Source: Chrysemys picta bellii
Lineage: Eukaryota
Length of the DNA: 64,000 bases
Assembly: GCF_011386835.1 (NCBI RefSeq)
Contig: NC_088809.1
Span: 1,426,001-1,490,000, forward strand
Reading direction: 5' to 3'
Part shown: positions 49,577 to 64,000 of the stretch, piece after piece
How positions within the stretch are numbered: the first letter of the stretch is position 1
Layout of the letters: each line of letters begins with the position of its first letter
The notes under the pieces: generated by a model
Databases searched by the model: none
What the model was told of the DNA's origin: nothing
The model's input: only the letters and a program-made list of their open reading frames with translations
Made by a program: the position numbers and the translations under genes

Positions 49577-51273
49577 CTAGGCAGGGTGTTAAAGTAACCA
49601 AATGTGTTTGCTGAAATAAAAGACAGGAAGAATTAACCTATATTCAGTGCTAAGGAAAGTCATATTGACGTCTCACTATGGTATCACAGGCATAAAGGTA
49701 ACTTCAATCTCAAGACTCATGCACCCAGCAGATTACTGGTACACCACAAACAGTGACTTTAAATAAATGATCAGGTTTAGTCTCACACCTCCACACACAC
49801 TAGCCACGTATTTCTGTACTCGGTTACCTTGCTGCATTCCTGTTACCTTTAGCCAGTTCACATAACTCCTTACCAAATGTACGATGTCATTGGTTTCAGG
49901 TGCTGTGAGTGCTTTTTGCGGCAAGGGAGGCCTGCAGTAAAGATAATTAGCCTCAGGAGTGTCCACAGATGTAATTGTGGGGCTGAGAGGCCTGTCCCTG
50001 TGTCGGGTTAGATGCAGTTTCGCACATTTTCCCAGGGTTCTCTAGGATTTCAACATTCCCCAACAACAGGCAACTCTGTGCCACCCAGTCTCCAGCAGTC
50101 ATTCTCTGAGACTCCCGGTTGCCATTTGACATGGCGTCCAATGGGATTTCAGCGCTAGAATTCGAACGAATTTCTATACTCAACGCAGAGTGCAGGATGT
50201 ACTGTTAGTATAGATCTGATTCCACATCTCCATGGCAATAGCCATGCTCAGTTCTTGTTCCCATGCTAATTAATCTCTGCTTGCTGCCATTCACACTGTT
50301 TTTAGAGTGGATGATGCTGGAGCTGGAAATGGCCAAATGTCTCGAAATGCGTGGCTGTTTTGGACGAGTGCATCCAGTAAATGAGCTCCTACTTCTCAGT
50401 TGTGCTTCTGCTCACTAGACAAGCTGGAATGGAAACGTGCCCAAGGGGGTGATGTGTCTGGAAGCTGCTGGAACGTGCAGTGAGGAGAACTTGGGCTCAG
50501 AATGAAAAGTTAGAACAGACAAGGTTGTGGCATGCTGGGGAGTTGAGGGGGGCAATTCTGCCATCTTTGCAGCTGTCTTAAAAGGATGAATTATGGGCAG
50601 AGAGGGTGAGGCTGTTCTACTTAGAAACTCAAATGTGTAAAAGCCGTTCAGCCTGCTGTTGGTTGTTTTTATAATTGTATTTCAAGAGGCACTTATGAGC
50701 AGATACACAGGAGAACTGTTTGTGGTTGGTTGATACACACCTACATGCAGAAGTAGGGATGTCAGTAATGTAATGATACATGATATGGCTGTACTACAGT
50801 GTTACACAGTTCGGCTGAGGTAGTTGGTGCCATAGCCATGTACAAAAGCATATTTAGATGTTTGTGGCCTTACCATCTGGGAGAGCGGCTCAAGCAGATA
50901 TGGTAGGGATTGTGTGTGTCATTGCTAGACATGCAGATGCTGGGGAGGAGATATTCTGTACAGGTATCAGTATATGGGTGACAGGCTGATGACTGGCCAG
51001 GAGGTGGAGTGATGTCATTCTAGCCCAGGGCTGTTACTATTTGTCCAGGTCTCTAGTGTTGTAGAGGGAGTGCTGGCTAGAGCCCCGGAGTGCCCAGATA
51101 GCTTTGGGACTGTGGAATCTGAGCTGTGAGCTGCTCATCTCTTTAATGTCATGTTTTTTCTTTACCATATCTCTGTTGTGAGATTTCCTTTTGTGAGACA
51201 TAAGCTGATGCATTTCCTTGCAGCTTTTAATACGTGTGAAGGTTTGGGCAGGACCGCTAGGGATAGCCTAGGT

Positions 51274-51691
51274 CAGGGGCAGCCAACCTGAGCCTGAGAA
51301 GGAGCCAGAATTTACCAATGTACATTGCCAAAGAGCCACAGTAATACGTCAGCAGCCCCCCATCAGCTTCTCCCAGCGCCTCCCACCTGCCGGCAGCCCC
51401 ACCAATCAGCGCCTCCCCAGCCATCCCCGCACCTTCCAATCAGCTGTTTTGTGGCATGCAGGAGGCTCGGAGGGAGTGGGGGAGGAGCAAGGGCATAGCA
51501 GGCTATGGGGAAAGAGTGGAATGGGGGCAGAGCCAGGGGTTGAGCAGTGAGCACACACACACCCCCCCCGGCACATTGGAAAGTTGGCGCCTGTAGCTCC
51601 AGCCCCCCCGTGTCGAAGCCTATACAAGGAGCCGCATATTAACTTCTGAAGAGCCGCATGGGGCTCTGGAGCCACAGACTGGCCACTCCTA
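51274..51691 (+). mobile_element. hAT-type non-autonomous element, copy A
   Basis: CAGGGGCAGCCAACC start; exact 8-bp TSD GCCTAGGT at 51266-51273 and 51692-51699. Confidence 0.88.
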
Positions 51692-52017
51692 GCCTAGGTC
51701 ATGTTTTTATGGAGGCGAAGGCCCAAGATTTGCTGTAAGCAGCCATGTTTGTGCAATCTGAATGTCTAGACCTGGGGGCAGCCCCGGGAGCTAGATGGGG
51801 ATGTGGCTTGCTCATATCCCAAGCCAACAAAGTCAGATTATTTTGTGTGTGATTGTCTTCCACTGGCTGTGTGAGCGTTCTGGAATTTGTTTGTCCAGGT
51901 GTCGTTCCCTAGGGGGCCATGGAATTCTGCTTCTCATCGTTTTTTACATGTATGCATCATATCTACTTCAACGCTGGGTTTGGAGATTAGTGCTTTAGAT
52001 CTGCCTCTTCATCTAAC

Positions 52018-52415
52018 TTGGGGTGGCCAACCTGGGGCTCCGGAGCCACACACGGCTCTTCAGAGGTTAATATGCGGCTCCTTGTACAGGCACCGACTCC
52101 GGGGCTGGAGCTACAGGCCCCAACTTTCCAATGTGCTGCTCTGCCACAGGCCCTCCCCCCACTCCACCCCTTCACGCTCCCCCCCCCCCCCCAGCCTGCC
52201 ATCCCTCGCTCCTCCCCCGCCAAACCTCCTGCACCCCATGAAACAGCTGATTGGGAGGTATGGGGAGGGAGAGGGAGGCACTGATCAGTGGCGCTGCCGG
52301 TGGGTGGGACGGGGGGGCAGAGCTGATGGGGGGCTGCTGACGTATTACTGTGGCTCTTTGGCAATGTACATTGTTAAATTCTGGCTCCTTCTCAGGCCAA
52401 GGTTGGCCACCCCTT
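52018..52415 (-). mobile_element. hAT-type non-autonomous element, copy B (inverted relative to A)
   Basis: Reverse complement shares CCTGAGAAGGAGCCAGAATTTA.CAATGTACATTGCCAAAGAGCCACAGTAATACGTCAGCAGCCCCCCATCAGCT with copy A. Confidence 0.85.
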
Positions 52416-53114
52416 CTCGACCCATCTCCAGAGGCAGTGTCTGGTCTGCTTCCACGCCAGGGTGCTAGCTGGAAGAATTGTCAAAGGGCTCTGTTGTCTC
52501 AGGGTTACTTTTGGAAGCAGAGTCAATTGGGAATGATGGTGAGTTGTAAAGCCACAAGTTCAAAGGAAACGAAAATAGTAAATCCAAACCACCACCACGG
52601 ACATGTGGTTTGCCCCTGTGCTGACCTTGACTCTCCGGTTGCTTCCAGAAGCCACATTCTCATGCAGTCAAAGGGTCTGGATCCTGGAAACAAACCTTAA
52701 AAGTCCTCGTCTAGTGCCTTCATTTCGATCCTACCAGTGAGTCTCTTACTGTTCTTTGGTAATCCGTAAACATTCTAATCCAGAGCAGGGTTATTGTGAT
52801 GCTGTGTAACTGTCACGCTTTGTCACATCCAGGCTCCTGGAGCATTCTGTCCTCTGAGGCCCTCTCCTGTAGTAAGTTTGCCATCTTTGGCTCCTGGAGC
52901 TCTGTGAACAATGTTCTGCCTTGTTTTTCTAGGCTGGTAAGCAGCCAGTCAGCAATATATCCTATCAGGCTTCTCTAGCTTTTATTTCATTAGCGGAGTG
53001 CGACATTTAATCATGTTAAAACCTTAATTGAGGTTGTATATCTCCTAGGTTTCTGGGCAGCGATCAAGTGGTGCTGCTTTTCTGGATGAGACAGGAGCTC
53101 AGCTCTGAAATGAT

Positions 53115-53308
53115 GACAGAGTCCTGTGGCACCTTATAGACTAACAGACATATTGGAGCATGAGCTTTCGTGGGTGAATACGAAGTATGACGAAGTGGGT
53201 ATTCACCCACGAAAGCTTATACTCCAATACGTCTGTTAGTCTATAAGGTGCCACAGGACTCTGTCGCTTTTTACAGATCCAGACTAACACGGCTACCCCT
53301 CTGATACT
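53115..53308 (+). mobile_element. Penelope-like element remnant with inverted terminal arms
   Basis: 67-bp arms at 53115-53181 and 53199-53265 are near-perfect inverted repeats; tail CTTTTTACAGATCCAGACTAACACGGCTACCCCTCTGATAC. Confidence 0.7.
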
Positions 53309-53594
53309 CTGTAATGATGGTTGCTCCTATGACCTGGCTGCTCGCTCAGACCAGGTTAAAAGCCTCTAGAAGCTCTCGGCTGCTGTCTGATTTGCATAAT
53401 CCTTTGCAACTGGTGTGTTCATGCAGGATGGATTATGGGTAATTCAGGGGGCTTCATAAATGGTTTGAAATCCTGTTGCCTTAACTCTCTCCCTGTATTT
53501 GCGACTCTTCGGAGTACATTGGTTTTTGCTTCCTTGGCTGGTTGTAAGTGGGATTTCATGTTTGCCAGGTAGTTCTCTGTGGAGCGGGGTGTGA

Positions 53595-53855
<261 letters not shown>

Positions 53856-54814
53856 TAACCTGCCACCAGGCCGTATAAGGCAGCACTCTCCTGAGAAACA
53901 GACACACAAGTGCGTCCCCTGCTGACTGGGAAAGCTTGTCTCCATGGAGAAAACTGCCAGTAGAACTCGACTGGTATAAACACACCACTGTACTTATCCT
54001 GGCATACCTCCCCACAGGGACGTGCTCAGTCTGTCGTAAGCGTGGCCACACGTGGCGTTATGCCGGTATAGTTCTGTCGGTAAACGTCCCCGGGTAGATA
54101 AGCCCTTAGTGCATTTTTGTGTAAAGGATTTGATCCCTAGTTATTCAGTTTAGCATCCTGTATCTGTGGGGAACACATGACAAAGCCATGGCATAATGAG
54201 CAGAGGAGAGGGCAGGCTCTAGGCAGTCCCACAGAATGTTTTAGTGTCTTTCTTCCTCAAAGCACTTGGAAGTGTATTTTCTAATATACCAAATCACCTG
54301 CCATCAACATCTCGAACCACCTGATGCTACCCAGTAAAGCAAAGGAATTCACACACGCAGCCCCCCATTCCCTCTGCAGAGACCGCTCCAGTGAGCAGGC
54401 TTTGGAACCAGCTGGGAGGGTCTATGAACTTGGGCTTTGTTTGAGGGGAAGAGCGGGGGGTTCCAGAGTCTCTGGCCTTCTGCTCATTGCAGCCTGCCTC
54501 CACTGTTCAGACGGACAGAGCTAGGGTAACCCAGCTGCCTGCTGGAGATGAATATTAACTTCAACGCCACAAAATTGTTTCAGCAATGAGACCTCCTTGT
54601 AATGCTGTTCTCAATGCAGACGGAGCCCGGTAAGGCTGCTGAAATGCTGGGCTTTTGACTTGGGCAGGAGTCCGCTTTGAGTGCGGGTTGAAAGTTTGAA
54701 TTCTGTGACGCCCCCAACCGATAAGCTGAGAGAGGAGCTCATTGCAAATAACCTAGAATAGTCTCGGTAAAGTGTCCTGAGCCTCTCTGAAACTTGTATT
54801 ACTGCCCATCTCAG

Positions 54815-54973
54815 ATGAAGAGGAGGAGGAGGAGAATCTTGATGATCAAGATGAGCAGGGGAACCTAAAGGGATTCATTAATGATGATGATGATGAGGAA
54901 GAGGAGGAGGAGGAAGAGGCAAGCGACTCTGGCGATTCGGAGGACGATGTCGGCCACAAAAAGAGAAAACGCA
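54815..54973 (+). CDS. SUPT6H: SUPT6H exon 3
   Basis: (D)[23 protein letters not shown]...GHKKRKR, 159 nt. Confidence 0.95.
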
Positions 54974-55136
54974 GTAAGTTGTGTAAGCTGGGCTCTGCGG
55001 CAGGCAGTGTGGTGCAGTACACACACACCTGCCCTGTTTGAGCTGCAGAGTGGGGAACAGGGGCTTCTCCTGGCCCTCCCAGGGTCTGATGCCTGAGCAG
55101 TAATGGGGCTAGCTCAATCTCTGTGCTGTGCACTGA

Positions 55137-55307
<171 letters not shown>

Positions 55308-55678
55308 TAGTAAGTGAGAGGGGGAAGGTGGGGATGGAAAGTTGAGCCCAGCATGGGTGTGTTATGTGCATTGCTGTATGAGCACTTCTGTAGTGTGGAA
55401 GTCAAGGACAGCCGTGGAGGCCAGGCCTTCAGTTCTCCCAGCCCGAGGGTGAGAGCTGGGGTGCTGGGAAGGTAAAGTTGTGGCCCTCAGAATGATAGGC
55501 AGGGCTTTACCCAGCTCTGGGGAGGCCCTGCACACCTGATGGACTGCACTGGTGCTCCCCGTGGTTGGCATACGTTGCCGTGGGGTAGGGAGTGTTCGGA
55601 AGGGCTCTGGTAGAGAACATGCTGCATTTATGTGGTGTCTGTGATGACAAGGACCTTATGATTACTTTACTCTTGTAG

Positions 55679-55874
55679 CAAAAATTCAGGCGTGTGCGAA
55701 AAATGTCAGATGATGAGGATGATGAAGAGGAGGATTATGGGAAGGAGGAACACGAGAAGGAAGCCATTGCTGAAGAAATCTTCCAGGATGGGGAAGGGGA
55801 AGAGGGGGGCGAGGCTGTCGATGCTCCCATAGCTCCTCCAGAAGAGGAGGAAGAGGACGAGGAAGATGAATCTG
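55679..55874 (+). CDS. SUPT6H: SUPT6H exon 5
   Basis: [12 protein letters not shown]...EEDES, 196 nt. Confidence 0.95.
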
Positions 55875-56504
55875 GTAGGCATCAGTGGCCTATTGCTTCG
55901 AGTGCTTTCTCTCCCTGCACTTCGGGCCTTGTGCATATGAAGCTTTGTCTGTGCCCAGTATTTAGGAGGAGGAACTGATTGCTCCCAGGGTGGGAGTGAA
56001 CTCGCTGCTGTTCATGCTCCGCACCCACCTCCCAGACCAAGTGTACAGCCACGGGGTACACATGTGGCCAGGCTGTGGCTAGGGAAGAGAATTGCTTAGA
56101 GTTGCTGTTCTTCTGGCCTCACTTGCCCCCAGAATGGTGGTAGTGACAGCCCCAAATGAAGGGAGCAGAGTACCTGTCTCTGGGCATTTGATAGCACAAC
56201 TTCTGAGCCATTAGGCCCTGCTGCTGCCGGAAGTCCTCCCTCAGGCAGCAGCCCAACATCACTGGCCAGCGGGAGGGGATGGACTGCAAGTATTCCTTCC
56301 ATTTAACCCAGTGTCTGATAGCCCCCCAGTGAGGCTTTTTGTGGTTGTGGTGGCTTTGCCTTACAAAGCTCTCTTAATCTTTGGGAATGTGAGCTTAGCA
56401 CTGGCTGATCCCTGGAGCTCTAGGGGTTAGAACTTCCCGGCAGGCAACTGGATGGTATGGGTGGCTTGGCTAGGTTAGCACCCAGCAATAGCTGAAACCT
56501 GTAG

Positions 56505-56666
<162 letters not shown>

Positions 56667-57430
56667 TAAGTAGAAGCAGAGGTTTGTGGGGAGGCTACTC
56701 TGTTTCCTCAGCCCTCTCAACGGCAGTTTGGCCAATTCCTCCCTATCCCCTTGTTGTCACATTGGGACCCTCCTAGGGAAACCAAGCTAAGATGAAATCC
56801 AGAAGTCCAAGTCCATAGCTTGTGACTCTCTGAAGTGCCAAATCTCCCCTCCCTTGTAGAAGATTGCCCCTTTCTTGCAAGGACACCGACCAGTCCTTTA
56901 GCAGGGGCATCCCCATGCCTCTCTGAGCCAGGCCCATACTTTATCTGCATCCTCTGTCCAAACTGGTACCTCGGGAGTGCCGTTCCTATTCACTTCACCC
57001 AGTGCTGGGGCGAGGCACTCCCTCTCCCTGTCACTTTCCCAGTTCCCGCTGAGAGCACAGGTGTCATTCTGGGCCTGAAGGCTCTGCTCTCGGGATAGTG
57101 CTGCTGAGAGTACCAGTTGTTTAGCTGGTCTGGAGAAAGTGTTAGGTTCCTCTGCTCTGGGCAGACTTGTTATTTCCCTGCTTCCTGAAAAGGGCATTGG
57201 GGGAAACTCCTGGTAAATGAGAAGGCCCTGCCATCGGGCCCTGACCATCACAGAACAGTGCTGTAGTGCCCAGACTTTTCCTGGGAGGGGCAAGGTTTTG
57301 GGAGCAAGTTAATTGGAAATTGATTAGATACCTCTTCTTTCTGCACAAAGCAGCACGTGCTGTGAGTGAAGCTTCATGAGCTATGTAAACATCCAACCCA
57401 TTCCCTGCCATGCTCGACTTGAAGCTGTGA

Positions 57431-57853
<423 letters not shown>

Positions 57854-59067
57854 TGATGGTCTGTAGTGCAGCTCTTTGGGGGTGTGGGCTAGGATCCTGG
57901 TTCCCTTCTGCCCATGTGCTGGTGCTGAAAAGGCAGGACGGGAACTGCAGTGGGTTTCCCGTTGGCCACTGGATGTCTGTGTTGCCAACGTGGGTGTGAA
58001 GTACAGTTCCCCAGCTGCCAGCCAGCTTTGCCCAGCTCTCCCTGGTGCTGGATCCCATCCATTACAGCTCTTCACCATGAGAATGGAGATTGAAAAGGGG
58101 AGAGAGAGCTTGCTAGGACTTTCCAGCCTTGTCTGTACCCCAGCCTAACTAATGCAGGACGTTTCCCACAAGACGTTTTCTAGTGCTTAATATAACCTCC
58201 TCTTCAATGACCCTAGCGATTGGCGCTTTCGCTACGTCCTGCCGTGGGTGTTCCCCAGCCTGACATATTTCGCACTTGGGATTTTTCCTGAGAGTCAGAC
58301 TCAATTTTCCCTCTTTTAATTTCATCCTGTTGCCCTTAGCCCTGACCCCCTTGAAACCTTCAAAGTTCTCTGCCCTCCCCCAGCCCCTGAACCCTTGGCA
58401 GACATTTGAACCCACCCTCCTGGGAATGAAATGCGTGAAGCAGCTCTGGACCTTTTTCTTTTAAATATTGAATTTGAATTGGTTGTTTTTTTCTTCAAAT
58501 CTATGGGCCATGCACATGGGAGTGCCACGTTCTTCTTGGGGGAAGAGCCGTGGGGCCTAGGCAGACTTGTCGTGCCCTGCTACACTGTCACGTGACAGGT
58601 GGAGCAAGCCCAGGGATAGACGAGGTGGGGGAGATGAAATGCTGAGAGAGACAAGACTCTGATGGCACAGTCACTGGTGCTCTGTGTGGCTCCTGCAGGG
58701 ATAGTGCTGATGTGGCAGGGCTAGACCCAAGGGGTGCAGAGCGATTGGTGTAGAAGAGGCCATGGCACAAGTGGTTTGGGAGCCTCTGGTTTGACTGGCA
58801 GTGTCACTTGTGCACCCCTTGCCGAATTTTCTGCCAGTGATTCCTAAAAAAACGAGCTGATGGTGACCTAGCATGAAGCTGGGCACAGGTAGGTCCCGGA
58901 GTCCAAAGATGCATGCTTTGAAAAGCTGCTGTCAATGGAGCCCCTAGGGTGCAGGCGTTTTTGAGACCTCCCAGGCATGTGCACAATGAAAGGAACGGTT
59001 GTGGGCCCCTCAGAACTGATGTGTAATGCAAGCCACAAGTGATACATGTCCCTCCCTTCACCTACAG

Positions 59068-59169
59068 CTGCGCTCCATCCCTGTGAAGAGTGCTGAAGAT
59101 GATGAGTTGGAGGAGGAAGCTGACTGGATCTACAGGAATGCCTTTGCCACACCTACCATCTCCCTGCAG
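59068..59169 (+). CDS. SUPT6H: SUPT6H exon 8
   Basis: [10 protein letters not shown]...PTISLQ, 102 nt. Confidence 0.95.
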
Positions 59170-59744
59170 GTAACAGCCTTCTCCTTGGACCCTGGGTCTG
59201 AGGTGGCTACAGTTCTAACTTTCCAGCATGCTTTGCTTGGGGAAATTCTTCCTGGACTCTTCTTGGAGTGAGGTGGTACCTAATTTACTAGGACAGTTGA
59301 TTCCTGGGTTCCTTACCCATCTAGTGGTGAAACAGGAAGAGGATGGGGGATAGGACACTTGAATTGTTTTTGCTCTGCCACTGATTCTCTCTGGCGTTGG
59401 GCAGGTCGCTTTTGCATCTGGCTCAGTTTCCCTCTGTGAATTGAAGGTGGTGATGCCTTGCTCAGATGGCCCCTGAGGCATTGTAGTTCATGAAGCTCTT
59501 GGAGCAGTGCTGTGGGGGTAGTGAGTGTTGTTCATCATCAGCTCGCTGCTACCCCTCAGTCACCTCCATCAGATGCTTCATCCAAGCTGCCCTTTGAGTC
59601 ACAAAGGGCTGATGCTTTGGGCTCTCAAACCAGTGTCTGTTAATTGGGGACATCACGTTCCCTTGGGCTAGGCCTGTCTCCCCATTGACAAGGCCGGTCT
59701 GCCCAGCGTCCTGGGGAGGGGGCTGTGGGAAGCGTTAAACATGA

Positions 59745-60164
<420 letters not shown>

Positions 60165-60409
60165 TGATTTACTCTTGTGGGAGTGAACATGGAGGGCAAC
60201 GCCACGCTGCCGAACGCCTGGGGCTGCCAGCGTCCCACGCATGGGGGTTGGGCTAAATCCGCTGCCATAGCAAGGCAGGAGAGGGCAGCTCCCCACAGCC
60301 CTTGTGTGCAGTCCTGGCAGCTTTTCCTCCCCACCACCTGGGGTAACTGCGTTTCTCCATACTCCTGACTGCCAGTAGGGGGCACTGATGGGTCTCCTTT
60401 CCCACCTAG

Positions 60410-60664
<255 letters not shown>

Positions 60665-61032
60665 TGACACTGGAGACCAGGCTGTCCCTTTTCTTGGGGT
60701 TCTGCCCCCATTTGGCAATGGGGAATACCTAGCTGGGAAGGGAGGGATTGCCCTGTTCTCTCTCCTAAACTTGTCTGTGGTCTAGTGACTCTTCCAGCAG
60801 CAGTGAGCCAGGACCTCCTGGTGCCCTCTGCCCAAAGCCTGCTCTGCTTTGAGACCTGCCGTGCTTATCAGACGTGGGCTGAGCTGTTGGAGATGTTTCC
60901 TTGCTGCCGAATGTTGTTCTAGTACCAGCAGCATGGGTGGTTAGGGACCTGCCTTGGCCAGCGAGGTCGGAGGGGAACAAGTAGTAGGGAGACAGGGCCA
61001 CAGACAGTGGGTTCCAGACAGAGAGGGGTTAG

Positions 61033-61365
<333 letters not shown>

Positions 61366-61495
61366 TGAGTTTCCCTGTGAAGCCAGAGAGACGGGAAACA
61401 GACTGTAAGTGTTCAGAGGGCAATAACCGGAGTTCTGCCTCTGCCGGACTAATCAGTCACAGAGCTGGTCCCAGCTCAGGGCCACGTGGGAATGA

Positions 61496-61687
<192 letters not shown>

Positions 61688-62551
61688 TAGGCTTTTCGCT
61701 CTTGTGACCCTGGGGCAGCTGGAGCTGCTGCTTTAAAACAATTGTGCGACATTTAGAGGCAGCACGCTTGCTCCTTCCTCAACCCTACACGGGTATGTGT
61801 GCACATGATCCACCTAGCCCCACCCCCTGCTCCCTTCCATCTGAAATTAGCCCTTGATCTGTCCGGGAGACTGAGCTCTACCGCTCATTAATCTACACTG
61901 GAGCAAGTTGCAGCCACCCTCATCTTCAGTCTGCATGTGCAGCCTGTGGAAGCTATCGATTTCACCATCCCTGCAGATCAAACTAGAGCACTGAATGCTT
62001 GGCGTTGTATTCCAGCAGGCCCCACCTCCAGGATTTGAAGAGGAGGGTGGCTTTGAGTCAGCCATATTGTGGAATTCTGTAAACCAACCATTGTTCAGGT
62101 GCCCCTCCATCAGTCCAATCCATTCATAGCCAATATGATCCCAAACGACATCCTACATCTTCTCAGGTACCAGAAAGCCCACATGCCGCTCGACTAGCTG
62201 CCAAGACCGCCAGCTTCTCCTGGAACATAAGGCAGTTATGGGTTTTCAGTACAAAGTTCTGCAGCACGCTGACAATTAAAGTTGTAGAAGCAGAGTACAA
62301 TTGAACTTACTGTCGGGTTCCGTGGCCCGCTGGTACGGTATTGATTGTTCAGTGCACCCGTCCATTGGTCAGCTATCTTAAGCTGCAGCCGATTCTCCAG
62401 TTTGAAGTGCCCCAGAATCCAGGGGCCCTGGGTCGGGGCAGTTCCAGCTTGTAGCAGAGTATACATACAGAGTATGCTCTGTCAGCCAGCACCGCAGGGG
62501 TCTAACGAGTGTCCCTATAGACACCGCGCTGAATACACTGTTCCTCTGCAG

Positions 62552-62650
62552 GTGAAGGAGAGGATGCAGAAGATGAAGAGCAGAAGGGGCCCGAGCTGAA
62601 GCAGGCATCCCGCAGGGATATGTACACCATCTGTCAAACCGCTGGGCTGG
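62552..62650 (+). CDS. SUPT6H: SUPT6H exon 13
   Basis: (G)[10 protein letters not shown]...CQTAGL, 99 nt, donor G|GTAAGG. Confidence 0.95.
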
Positions 62651-63562
62651 GTAAGGGCTTCCGCCTGGTGAATCATGATGCGCTGGCTGCAGGCATGCCT
62701 TGCTAGGCAGTGCATCATCAGGCCTGGGAGTCGTAGCCTCTATTTAAAAATTGACTTGGTAGTTCCGTGTTAAACTCTAACATCCCTAGGAGTGAGCGTG
62801 GCTCCTGCGGTGCTCAGCTCAGTAGGGTGACGGTTACCCTTCAGGGTTCTCTTGGCCTGGGCGACTCTTCGGAGCGCATGAAAAACTAATCCAGTGACCA
62901 CACAGCTATAAGTTAAAAAAATGTTGTTTGTATTGTAAGTGACAAGCACATACCCATCCACACAAGCTGAGAGGGCCCAAGCAATAGCCGAGGCTGTATT
63001 CGTACTCACATGCCAAAGATACTGTGCAGTCTGGTGGCTCTCTCAACAGGTGGGCATCAATAGAGGAGTGATTCTTGCGGGGGTCTCCCCTCAGGGGCTT
63101 CCCACTTTAGCCCCACCAGGGAACCTCTTTTATCTTGTTCTGACCATGCCTTATGCATGTGCAGGAGGTTCTAACCCCCCCTTTTCCTTATCTGTACTTC
63201 CATACCCCCAAAATTTGGAGGTGTCCTGCTTTTCACAGCCTGTTCTTAGTTCCCCTTTTACTTATAGCGTCTTAATACTTGCATCAACCTCTTTCCAGGG
63301 TAACTTGCAGTCAGGACAGAATTTTCCATGATGTTCCAATCAGGTGGCTTGTGCTCTGGATGGGTACATGTTTTCCATAACATCCCCTATTGGCACATCC
63401 TTCACAGTAATCTTGTGGGCTTATTGGCATAGGGTCAGTCTTAGGTCAGTCACTCATGTCAAGTCTCCTTACGCCTGAGGCCTATGGTGACTAAGCTGAA
63501 ATCTTACAGGCCTTAGCCTGTAGGCCTTGCTTTACAGACGTGCTTTACTTATATACCTAATA

Positions 63563-64000
63563 CAGTAACTCCTCCCTTAAGGTTGTAGTTATGTTCCTGA
63601 AAAATGTAACTTTAAGTGAAATGTTAAACTAATCCGATTTTCCCATAAGATGTAATGTAAATGCAGGGGGTTGGGTTCCAAGGAAATTTTTTGGGGGCAG
63701 ACAAAAGGCATTAAGGCATTATGTACTGACCAGTACTGTGCTGGGAGGTGCCCCTGGCTTACCCCACACAGGCACAGCCCGCTGCAGGCAAGGACGCTAG
63801 GAAGCACCGCAGCAGCTTCCCCGGAAAAGAACAGGCGCCGGCTTTGCCAGGGGTGCTCTAGGCCCGCCTCTTCCTGTCCCCGCTCCACTCAGGCCCACCT
63901 CTTCCCACCCCCACTCCACCTCCTCTCCGGAGCAGCCGCATCCTCCCCGACCCCCACAAGTCCTAAGCGCTGCCAAACAGCTGTTTGAAGAGGAGGTGGA
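63563..64000. mobile_element. Tigger-like non-autonomous element, cut by the window edge
   Basis: TA followed by CAGTAACTCCTCCCTTAAGGTTGTAGTTATGTTCCTGAAAAATG, a typical Tigger-type TIR start. Confidence 0.65.

Noticed and set aside
53920-54110. Possible old MITE with GTCTACAC-type ends
   Set aside because: Ends are too diverged to call with confidence.

Overview
GC-rich vertebrate genomic DNA, most likely from a turtle (inferred from the style of the CR1, hAT/Tigger MITE and Penelope-like repeats). It carries the conserved block SPAG5 (5' end, minus) - RSKR/SGK494 (complete, 12 coding exons, 401 aa, minus) - BLTP2/KIAA0100 (complete, 39 coding exons, 2241 aa, minus) - SDF2 (complete, 3 exons, 216 aa, minus) - SUPT6H (non-coding exon 1 plus coding exons 2-13, plus strand, continues past the window). 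I placed exon boundaries by hand from splice signals and checked frame continuity. Gene names come from recalled similarity to the human proteins, not from a database search. Most long ORFs in the supplied track are read-throughs of GC-rich minisatellites or antisense shadows of exons. I found no clearly novel gene system. The best leads are: a 7-copy octamer + GC-box array directly upstream of RSKR; minisatellites that copy splice signals inside BLTP2 introns, including a candidate 9-nt in-frame microexon; two GC-AG introns; Penelope-like hairpin/hammerhead-like motifs and an inverted transposon pair in SUPT6H intron 1; PDK1-docking-like and myristoylation motifs in the little-studied kinase RSKR; and an RSKR poly(A) signal inside the SPAG5 CpG island.
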